A DNA stretch of 64,000 nt from Callorhinchus milii (Eukaryota): positions 18,230,001 through 18,294,000 of the forward strand of contig NW_024704743.1 in assembly GCF_018977255.1 (NCBI RefSeq), given 5' to 3'. Position 1 is the first letter of the stretch; the number at the start of each line of letters is the position of its first letter. The notes below the pieces were generated by a model that saw nothing but the letters and a program-made list of their open reading frames with translations, had not been told where the DNA came from and searched no databases. Below are positions 39,601-51,600 of this stretch, in pieces. Both the position numbers and the translations under genes were made by a program.

Positions 39601-42600
39601 CCAGAGAACAAAGTCAATTAGCATAAAGCAGATCAAACACATTTTAGATTCCACACCAGTGCTGTCATAGCCTGCAGGATTATCAAGTCATACATAAAGC
39701 TGTGCTATTGAAAACACCACAGTGGGGATGATGCGAGGGAGGGAGAGGGTAGATTTAGAACAGATAAGTGGATGACATGCAGATCACAAAGAGATACTGT
39801 GCAACTGGGGGCAAAGTTATAACCACTTGAACTATCACTAAAGAAGTTATAAACATTTGAACAATCACTAAAGATGTATTTGCTATTTTAGAACTGAACA
39901 GAGGAGAAACCTGATTCAGCCTGCACCGCAGTCCCCGGAACTCAATCCGTCTTCAGACCCTGACCTCACTTGGCCCGTGACAATCCTTTTTATCGGGAAA
40001 TTTGTTTTACATTCTTGCTTTTAAGATGGCAAGAAATGTAACCCTGGACGCACTTAATTAAAATAGTTTCCATGAGAAATCCTTGGCCTCCCTCTCTCCC
40101 TCCACCCAAACTCTCCAGTATGAAATGCAAGGATGTTTTAATGCTGAGAACTACACACACAGCATCCCCCATCTCAAATGTTTATAAAGATATAATTCCT
40201 CAAACCTAAACTATTAGATGTCTTTCAACTAACCCAAACTTTCCTCTTCAACTGTGCCTTTGGTCACCTCCCTCTGTTTCCAGTTGGGAGTCAAACCACA
40301 CCACCGGTAAGTGTTTTGAGTTGCTCTCACGTGAATAGTGCTATATAAACACAAGCTGTTGTTATTGTAATAGATGCCCTGCCCTTAACCTAAACAAATG
40401 GAGGCCCTGCCCTTAACCCAAACTAATTGATGTCCTGCTCCTAACTCAAATTACAAGGAGCCCTGCCCCTTTGATAATAAACATGTACTACAATGTCAAA
40501 AGACTATAGCTGACTAAGCTAACATAAACTACTGTTGACATATAATATATATCTCAATTATAATTGAGAATTAAATATTTAAACTACTCCAAACAAAGGC
40601 TTTTGGACATCAGACATTCAACAATTTAATAGTACCCCCTTTTCCCACACCCACATCTGAGGCAGCTCTAGTCGACAGGCAGAACCCAGACAGCAGTGGC
40701 TGGCCTACTAGTCATGATGCAACTTAAACTGACTAATGTGATATAAAGCTGTACGTCCGTGTCAAGGTACTATTTAGCATATATTGATGAATGTCAGAAT
40801 AGTATTGACAAGCTGATGAATTTCTTGGGTATATGTAAAATAGCTGTAAAAATCACAAATATAACTAGAATGGTACAATGTGATGTTCAAAAGAGTATTG
40901 CTTGTTGTCTATTACATAACTCACCAGCGTCTTCTTCTGATGTATAGGTAGCGCTGAAGCCTCCATTGGAAACTAATGCATCAGTTACGAAGACAAGCTG
41001 CATGGTGTTTCCAGAGGACATCACGCTTACGTTAGAATTTAAGTTGCCACAGTATTTCTGTAGCCTGGGAGAGTTGGGCTGCAGGCCGTTGTATATCTGT
41101 TGATATTTTGACACAAAAGGATAGCATTAGGATTGCTTATATTTTTAGTGTTATGCAATCGTTGGAGACTGAAATGCGATATTCGTCAGTCCTGCCAGAA
41201 ACCGCTAGGCACCTCACGCTGATCTTACGGAATTCTTCTCCGGATGTCGATCACATCGGGGCAGAGTTCCTATCATTCAGCCTGAGGCAATTTCAGTTAC
41301 TACAGGATTTTCTATTTGTAACTGTTACAAATTTATATCCTTATATAACAGGAACCTTACTATAAGGCACTTTGGTTTGGAAAAAAGAAATACCTCCGCT
41401 ATGCCAAAATTGTGGATCACTAGGCTCCACACTAAAAATGGCCACCTTCTGGGTCACAGGTTACTGCTGATGTAACTTCTTGCACTATGCAAAGGAAGTG
41501 CCTCCAATGTCGCATCATAAATGAAGCGACATTATTGGCACATTTTGCTGATGTCAGTGGTGATGTGCTGACCCAGAAGGTGGCCATCTTTTCACGCTTT
41601 GTTTTAATTTTGAGGTCCTGAGTTTATGAACCCAGAGCACTGCTTTATAATAGGATCGTCCTGTACTACGCATCAATATCTTGTTCATTTGATGTCGTAA
41701 ATCTCTTTTCTCAGTGGATCCATTAATGAGAGTCAGCGGACTTGGGTCCCTTTTTAAAAAAATCTCCTAATTGAAACTGTGAATTAGTCATCCTGACCTG
41801 TCTCTATGGTCTCCTCACTGGGCTGTCTTTGAAAATGATTAATCGAGCCTGTGGTCATTAAAGGCAATGCATGAGTCCCAGTACAAGAGGTTAGGTGATT
41901 GTGAAACTGTTCCCATTACACAAATAAGCAGTGCTGGAAGGCAAAATGATTTGTAGAAACACAAGCCCCCGACCAGGGACAAGAGGACTTGTAGTTTACT
42001 GCTACTCGAACACAAAGAGCTTTCACCCCTTAATGGACCTACTGAAAGAACAGATTTATGGCACCAAATGAACAAGTTCCCAATGCCTAATATTATAAAG
42101 TTGTGATCTGAGTCCACAGCTGGAGAGCATCATTGTGTGTTACAAACTTACAGCAACAAAGTCGAGGTCACAATTCTCATGTGCTTCCAAGTGTAGGTCT
42201 GTGATGCTCAGTGTAACTCTGCGTCCTTCTTGCACTGTGATTTTCCACACACATCGACGACTGTGAGGATAGAGGTTTGGGTAGTTTGGAGAAGTGATGG
42301 TCCCTGTGGATGCAGTCAGTTCACCTCCACACCCTGTAAGACATTCATTTCATTTGGTCTCACTGCGGCTTCAGAAATAAAACTCCAAGACCTCTAATGT
42401 GCTAAATACAGGCTATTTACGAAAGTTTTGCATTTCCATTTTGAACTCACAGTAACAACAATAAATACAAAAGTGTGCAATGTTCTTAATTATTCAGGAA
42501 TAATTTTTGGGGGTCTGACACATGCAGAAACCCATCACCATGCTTAAGAGTATCCAAACCAATCAGAGTTCCTACACATGATATTACCAGAGGTGTTTAT

Positions 42601-45600
42601 TGGAATGGAATGCATATTCCCTCCTTAAGGTAAGCATCTTACTTATCTTATGCAATAAAATATTAGGCTTGGGGTCCCAGAGTGTGTGTTGGGATCCTAC
42701 TGGAATCTAACCAGCTAAAATTGCATAGCTTACCATTGATAACAATGTCTGGCAAGATTTCCCACTGCTTGTCCAGCTAGGACCACTCTAACTCATTAAG
42801 TTTGCAAGGTTAACAGGAGCTGAGTGGGATAATTCCCTTTTCCCGGTGACCCGTCTGCCCTTCCAAATCCAGCCGATGAGCCAGGCTGGCTATGCGGTCA
42901 TCGGCAGTGCCCTGGAAAACCCACAGAGGGTTCACTCAATTCTCCCATTCCATTGCCAAACATGTCACCTTGGAGCCAGTTCAGTTGCAAGGAAACCCTG
43001 CGTACCCCCTCCCCCATCCCCCAGGGAGGCACGAACATTTATAACAGGAATGTGTCATTTCAGATCAAATTTTTGTTATCCATATAATTATGGAAAATCT
43101 AGATCAGCACACCAGATCGTCATCATGTATCAGCTTGGTTTGGGTGGTAAAACTCTCACTTCTGAGTCAGAAGGTTGTGGATTCAAGCCCCATGTCTGGA
43201 CTCATATATATTCTGACACTCCAATAATGTGCTGTGGGAGCTTTGCTTTGTTGGAAATGCTGCCTTTAACCCAGACATTGATAAGCACAAAATTAATGTT
43301 AAAAAAGATTTTTACTTTGTAATTTATTTCTATTGGGAAAAACTACTAATTGGGGAAAACTACCAATTAGGAAACATTACCATCAACACTCGCTTCAAAT
43401 CCCAGGCGGAATCCCTTCTTGGTGTTGGAGGCATCTGTGTGAAAACGTACATAGGCGAAGCTGTCTGAAGTATCCATTGGGTCGAAGGTTGTGCTACCAC
43501 AGTGTTTCCCCAGTAATCGGCCTGTGTGACCAAATCAGAAATTAATTACAGTAATATTTGGAACTACAAGATCCTCGTAATAATACTTGGGACATCCTCC
43601 CAATCTGAAAGGACCTATATAAATTTGCAGGAAATGATGTCCACAATGACCTTACGACCCAGAAGTTGCCAATTTTTTGACAAAAATATCATTGAAACTG
43701 AAAAAAAATTAAAACATTGATATCATCTATCGAAAATTAAAATAAATAAAAGTAGAAAAANCTATAATAAATATAAATTAGGATCACAATTATTAATGTG
43801 GGAAAGAGTCAGTCACGCTAAAAAAAAAGTTGAAATGTTGGATGCTGACATAGTTGGTTATTTCTGGTGGTAATTTACACAACAATGTCAGTGGAGTTCA
43901 CATCAGAATTTTTATTTGTATATTCTTATATATATATACACACACACCCATAACATCTGTAGAGTTTAAATTACGATTTTCATTTGTAAATTCTTCTTTG
44001 CATGTATGTCAGAAAGTCTTTCACTGAACAGATGCTGTTGAGCTTTTTATTAAACCTCTGGTGCACTGTGCCATATTGGCCCACAAAATACACAATCATT
44101 ATACTCCACAGTAAAATCCTGTGAAGCGATTTGTGATGGCCTTCTGACATGAAAGTTACTATAATCAACTGCAAAGACTATTATTATTAAATATTATTTC
44201 AGTAAAATTCACACAAGTCGTATCAATCAGGACCATAACATTTAATATGACTTATGCAAAGTTTGAGTTGCATTAGTCATATAAAATTCAATTTAATTAA
44301 TAATCTACACTGAGCATGTGTAATTCAATGCAGCCAATAAGTGCTCATGCAGTAGTTTGTTACTGCAGCCCATGAGTGCGCCTGTAGGGTCTGGTCAAGA
44401 CGTCATTTCCCGCGATTCATTGCAGCCGGTAAGTGCGGGAGTAATTGAGGGTAGAGGTGAGGCATTGCGGGTTAGGAAGTGATTAATATGAGTAGTGCAA
44501 ATAAATCTAAGTGGTTTTGACAGGAAACCAAATGGGGCTTGGGTGAATGTACAAATCAGTCGATTATATGATTTATAAAGATAAGACTTATGTGAGTTTT
44601 ACTGTATTATTATTGTAGTGTTAGGCCATTCCCCACACAAGGCCTGAGCTGTACCACCAAAATAGCACCCAGATCCTAAATATTACCAAAAACAGAGTGC
44701 GGGACATGCCAGGCTATTTACTTAGGTGAATGGTTTATGAGCAGGTGGCTTATCTTGCTTTTGAGTCAGAGTGGTCATACAACACACTCACACACCATAG
44801 ACTAGAATATCCCAGTTTATTAGAAATAATTTATAATTGATTTCTGCCCAGTCAGGTCATAAAACACCATTAATGCTGTTTGGTGCAATATGTTTTATGT
44901 TCTCAAGTGCTTAGCTATACTCACCAGTTGAACTGTACTCGCGGATTTCCACAAAATCTTTGGTACAATTCGGCGTATCTTCCAGGTCCAATGCATCATA
45001 AGTAATGGTGAGATAATGGCCAGTGGGTCCCTTCAGGTACCATTCACATTGCACGTTGTCAGGGTAATTAGATGAAGGATACCCAGGGCTCTGCAGATAT
45101 CCATCAATTCCAATTAAAGTCCCACCACATCGAGCTATGAGGGAGAAAAGGATCTAATTTTACATGTGCATTATGGTTACTATTATTTTCATGTCATGGC
45201 TGTTTGTGGGACAATTGGCTGCCACATTTGCCCACAAAACATAAAGTGTATCCACCTTACAATAAATCCTGTGAAGAGCTTTGGGAGGTCCTCCTGATGT
45301 GAAAGCGCTATATCAAATGTAAGGATTATTATAATTACGATTATTAATAAATTATTAAGGTTATAATATTTCATTCTGAAATGAATTGACTTTACCAAAA
45401 AAAATCAAAACCTTCTTCACTCAATGTACCACTGCTGCAATCAAAGTCAGGACTAATATGAATAATAATTAGCTACATTGCATTTACATGCATTACAAAT
45501 GGTTGTTATAAATACTATTACGGGTGTCAAAGTACACTGATGGCTACATGTTTTTACTATATCTTTATATTGATTATCTTTTTTAAGGATGAAATGAAAA

Positions 45601-48600
45601 AGAACCATTATTTTTAGTGATGAAAGTACATTAGACTTTATGTCTGGGTTTGAATGAACTCTCATCATAAACTGGAGAATTTATAAAATAAAACAAATGG
45701 AAGCTAATATGATCATGGTCTGGCAAAGATGATTTGCCCAGTGAATTATTCAATCTCATATCCTTTGAAATCAACTGATTAAGATCCAAGATTAAAAAAA
45801 GTCTCCATGATTGACTTGTTAATGACCATGTGTAATGTTACCTATCGAATATCTGGCTTTGAATCCGGCATGAGTTGTTCTGGCATCAGTGCGGAACCTC
45901 ACATGCATGACGTTGCCTGTAGACTTCTGGGTGGATGGGCTGGTAGATCCACAGAGACGGCTAATCAGAGGACTATTTGAAGAAGGCCCATCGTGCAGTT
46001 CCAGGTAATCAAACGCACATCTAATACAGGAAACAGCAGCCTTGTTAATTTCGCCGGAAAACAAGGTGCATTCTGATAATGGCTGAGGTTTACTTACTAA
46101 ATGCCTACCAAAATATTGATGGGTGACATTTTGTGAGTTTCTAAGAGCTGGATATTAAAGTTTCATTAAAGATAGCAGTAATCTTTGTCAGCTGTTATTA
46201 AATGGATAGAATTTTGAGTGTTTGGTATTTAATATGAAAGTCATACAGAAACTACACTTTATAGTAGATTCTGTGAAGCACTTTGGGATGTCTTCCTGAC
46301 GTGAAAGGCTTTGGCACAAATACTAGATTGTAATTATTATTATTAAATAACTACTAAGGCAGTAGTACACCGTTACCCACCCAGAGAGTGGTTCAGTTTC
46401 AGCAATCATCTTTTTGGGTTTGCTCACAAAATATACAGTTAGTCCACTTTACAGAATATACTGTGGAGTGGGTTGAGACGTCTCAACAACGTGATAAGGC
46501 GCTAGATCAAATGCAAGGATTACCTTTTATAATTATACAAGTGATCTTTGTCTACAAGCACTTCACAAGGGCATGGATGGACATTGAGCAAGGGAAAAGG
46601 GGGGGAAAGGTGGGTATTTGTAAGTAATGTGTCTGTAAATTGGGTTTACCTGAAGGAGCTCAGGTTTATTGATCAGTGTATGTGTAAGGGTGAATGGTTG
46701 TCCAACATTTCAGCACATCAAGTTTGACTGTGTCATGTACATGCTTCTCATTTAGTAGAAATTAAAACAATAGTTTATCAGTGAGGCAAGTAAATGTACA
46801 AGCTTCAATCTTACTGTGAATCAGGTTCAATGTAGAAGAGATCTTCAAAATCGAGCTGAACTGCTTCCCCAGCTGGAACAGTGATGGTCCAGGTACAGTC
46901 TATGTTCTGAGGGTAGTTGTTAGGGTAGTTCATGGAGGAAATGTTGCCAACGGGGTCAAAATCAGAAACATAAATGGTTGCACCACAGGCTATAGGAGGA
47001 AGAAATGGAACAATGTTGATCATCCAACAATAATAATAATCCTTGAGTGCCCAAGATCCATTTTACAGTATGTCTTAATGAGATTTCTTTATCACTAATT
47101 CCATGAAAAAACAGAGGTACTTCATGTCGTCTCAAGGGAATTGTGCTCTGAAAATACACTTGAGTCGGAGTGGCAGTCACGTGAGTCAGGTTCTTGGATA
47201 TAACCTCTGTAATGAAGAAATCCTGTCAAAAGAAACTGCAACATTGCACCCCTCCTATCCTTCCCACGCTTGATGTACTCCTTTAGAATAAGATGGCACT
47301 TAAAGTGTCATAATTCTTACTGATGACAACACATAGGAGATGCACTTCTTTTTTGATTGTATCAGTGTGACTCCCAACAACCGTAACTGCTCAGATTTAT
47401 CATACTGCATTCCCTACGGACTTCATACGACCTTCACCAGAACGACAGGCTGAACATTTTAAGCTATGAAATTGCTCTCAGACAGTCTCAAATGCACAAA
47501 GGTGCACTCAGACATCCTTTCACAAGTTTTCTTCCAAGCTAGCTCTAATTTCGTCATTGCATTGTTACTCATCCAGGACTATGAACTGACCATTATATTA
47601 CACAAGGGATTTCGGTGGGATGAAAGAGTAGTTGGGAAGAAGTGCCGTGGAAAATTCTTCCTTTACCCAGTGGAGTTCTAAAGAGTTACCGAATTACATT
47701 ATGAAGGGCGGAATTATGGTCTGTTTTGTCAACAGCACCACTGTTCTCAGTTTTTCAAACAATTTCATGTCTGTATTAGCTGAAAATTCAAGTCTGATTG
47801 TTAAAATGTTACTCAGTCATGTTCCCAGCTACAAGACAGAGGTCAACTCATTGCAAAGAATTTTGAAATCCTAAGCAGCTCAGTAAGTCCCCTTTGAACA
47901 GTTACATTCAGCATCTCTTCAAATGCTCCACATTCAAGGTCTTTGCTGGGCTTAGCTTATTCAATTCATAGTCACAAGGAAATCATCTTAATACAGCAGA
48001 GATCTGTGAACAACTCTTCAGGCAAACAATGCCACAGTGCTGTGTCTATACATGATGAATACCCCCACTGTGAGTCATTTGGAGGTACACCAATGCTGCC
48101 ATTTACATCACATTCCTGGTATTATGGTTTCATCACATTTCAGATAAGTCACTGAGCTCTTTCATTGTAATAAATGGCATTAGATCTTTCCAAAACTAGT
48201 CCTTCTCGAACTTCTCAGAAAATTACTGCAGTCAGAAGCCCTAAAATGATCCATCACATATTTACGTCTTCCCGCATTAGGAGTGGTAAGAAGGGAAGAA
48301 GGTGGAATTTATAGAATTTTGCAGCATGAAAGAAAGATATTTGCCCATTGTGCCTGTGCACATTTTCTGGAAGAGCTTTCTGTTTAATCACACTTAACAG
48401 CAATAACAATTTACATCTAAAGTGTCTCTCACATTCAGAGGACATCTCAAAGCCACAACTTAATGAGAACCTGTGTCTGTGGGTATATTACCCGGGTGTG
48501 GGGGGTGGGAAGAGAATCTGCGGAGGAGGAAGAAAGGAAAGGTGGTCCAAAGTTTAGATGAAGAAATAGGTTTGAAGGTGGATTTGAAGGTGGGCAGTGA

Positions 48601-51600
48601 GGGGAAGGTGGAGTTTTGGAGAACAGAAGCAGAATGGCTGAAAGTTACCCACTGATGATGGGGCGGAAGATGTGAATATTGCGGTGTTTGCTGAGTGTGG
48701 GGAGCGGTTGGGGCAATATGGTGGCGGAGGTAGAGTTGGATGAGGCTGGAGGGATTTTAAAGTGAAGTGAAGGTGAGGATTTTGAATTTGATCTGCTAGA
48801 GAATGGTGTTGACGGGCTTGTGCAACCTAGTACAGGAGAAGACATGGGCTGCAGAGTTCTGGATGGTCTGCAGGTTGTGTAGGGAGTAGCTGAGGAGTCC
48901 AGTAGAAGGGATTTGGGATAGTCAAGTCTGGAGGTGATGAAGGTGTAAATGAGGGTCCCAGGGGGAGAATTAGTGACCAAGGTGGATAATACTGTGAAGG
49001 AGAGCAAAGGCAGAGTGAAAGAAAGCCCAGATGTAGGGTTTGAGGATACCTGGGGTTGAACAAGACACCAAGGTTCTGCACTACCTCTGTGAGGTGGAGT
49101 GAGCTCAAGGATAGAGTCCTGAGGAATATTACATTATGATTATCTGGGGATAGGAGGAGAAACCATTGGAAGAGACAAAGTGAAGACTCTTGGATAAGTA
49201 TGAGTGAAACTTGGAAAGGATAAGACGACAGAGGTGGAACAGGGAGGAGAGATAGTGGAGAGGAATGGAGATGTTAATGCTAAAAAGAGACAGGGTTTGG
49301 AGTAAAGAGGTGAAAGAGTTAAGCAGGACCTCACTGGAACGAGTTAGCTCCAAAGTGACATGCCTGAAAATGAGAATATTGAATTGAGTCATTTTTCTGT
49401 GGTGATCTCAGTAGTCTGGTTCCTCAACAGATAGATTTGCAGAACTCCAGGGCATTGTTGATGACAGTGTTGATGACAGACCAGCCAGCCTGGATCACTA
49501 ACAAGATTCGGAAGGACAGAACAGATATTGGGAGCAGGGATTCTTCCCATGCAGCTCCTGTAAATCCTACAAGCCAAAGTCCTAACTTTTAGAGTAGTCC
49601 TAGCTTGAAACCTTCTATGTTCACAATTACAAATAGTCAAACTCCATCAGTATCCCAACACATGTTCTGGGGTCCTCAAGCCTCGATTCTTGCCATACTG
49701 TGCCAAATATTCTCTAGGATTAGGTGAACATAAGAATTAGGAGCAGGAGTAGGCCATTCAGCTCTCGAGCCTGCCCCGCCATTTGATAAGATCATGGTTG
49801 ATCTTCTGACCTAACTCTAATTACCTGCCTTATCCCCATATCCCCTAATCCCTCTGCTTTTTAAAAAATCTATCAATCTCAGCCTTGAGGATGTTCAAGG
49901 ACAGAGCATCTACAGCCTTCTGGGGTAATGAATTCCATAAATTCCATGAAGTGAGGGAAGAAGTGTTTCCTCAACTCTGTTCTAAAAGGCTGACTCGTAA
50001 TTTTAAGACTGTGACCCCTGGTTATAGATTCTCCTACCAGGGGAAACAAACCCTCAGTGTCTACTTTATGCAGCCCTTTAAGAATCTTATATGTTTCAAT
50101 AAGATCTCCCCTAATTCTTCTATACTCTAGAGAACATAGCCCTAGTTTATTCAGCCTATCCTCATAGGTCAGTCCCCTCATCCCAGGAACTAACCGAGTG
50201 AATCTACGCTGCACCCCCTCTAGGGCAAGTATGTCCTTTTTTAAATAAGGAGACCAAAACTGCACACAATACTCTAGGTCTCACCAAGGCCCTATACAGT
50301 TGCAGCAAAACTTCTCTACTCTTGTACTCTCAACCTTTTGCAATGAACGCTAACATGCCGTTCGCCTTCTTAGTTGCTTCCTGAACCTGCAAACCAACTT
50401 TTTGGTTAGAGCAGTGTTCTTCCTGGAGAGAATGTGTACTTTCCATTCCAGACACAAGAACATTTCCATACACATGTGGAACTCTCAGTAGTGTAGTTTG
50501 GACATGGTGATGGGCTTCTGTGTGCGTCGGATATAATGGATAAAAAAAAACTTGTTTTTAAGTTAGATCCACATCACTTTACAAAATAAATCACATTGCT
50601 GTAATTCACAAAAGGAGTCCTATAGCTCAGTGGTTAGAGGACTCGGCTCTCAAGGGAGAGACCTGGGTTCAATTCCTGGCAGAGCGAAATGTTGGGCAAG
50701 TTTTCTTACTCCACACACCTCTGTTTGCCTAGCAGTAAGTAGGAACTGGGTTATTAGTCGATTAGCGGATCGCTTTTCTGGAGGTAATAATTCCGTCACT
50801 TCAATCCACGACTGTGTGTGGGATGCTGCTGTGCACAATTGGCTGTCGAGTTTCACCCACAAAATATACAGTCAATTCACTTTACAGTATATTCTGTGAA
50901 ATGCTTGAGACGTCTCGAAGACGTGATAAGGTGCTATATCAAATGAAACGATTATTATATACAAATTCATGGAGCTGTCACTGAAATGGATAGCGTTGAT
51001 ACTGAAATGGCCAGCACGAAGCACTGAAGATGCAGTCACAGTATATAAACCTAAAATCAGGTGCCTCTGGATCCACTCACCCATATACGAAGCCTCATAA
51101 GTGAACTTGAAGCCCTGACCCTCACTGCTGCCGTCAGATATGAAGCGTACAGAGAGCCGATTGTCTGTGGTACGCATCGTGGAGGGAGGGACCTCTCCAC
51201 AGTAGCGCCCGTTCCCGCCACTGGACGTCAAAGGTGGTGAAGACGAGTCATACCCATTCCTAAACTAGAAACAGAAAAGGATATTCAGAATAGAAATAGA
51301 TTGGCGCCTTCATTTAACAATAACTGTTATGCAAGAACTTTTTTTAAAACCTTGGAGCAGCAGAACTGCCTTTCCAAAATGACAGCAGCGACAAGTTATA
51401 TTTATATTTATAGAGGGTCTTTCATATCTGGAAGACATCTCAAAGCTCTCCACGTGCCTGAGTAACCAGTTTGGGGGGAGGAGGGCAGAGTGCTGAGGAG
51501 AGAAGGGGGAGGTGACCGAAAGCATGATTGAAAAGATGGGTTTTACAATAGGCTTTAAAGGCAGAGAAGGGAGCGGGTAAAGCGGAGGGACACCAGAATG

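Noticed and set aside
40375..40470. CRISPR-like array
   Set aside because: Contiguous degenerate tandem units without unique spacers, in a vertebrate intron; this is a minisatellite.
42846..43322. 158-aa plus-strand ORF
   Set aside because: It spans the unassigned repeat and a SINE head, with no coding signature.
43761..43761. Ambiguous base n (another at 53659)
   Set aside because: Single-base assembly ambiguities next to A runs in introns, with no effect on the exons.
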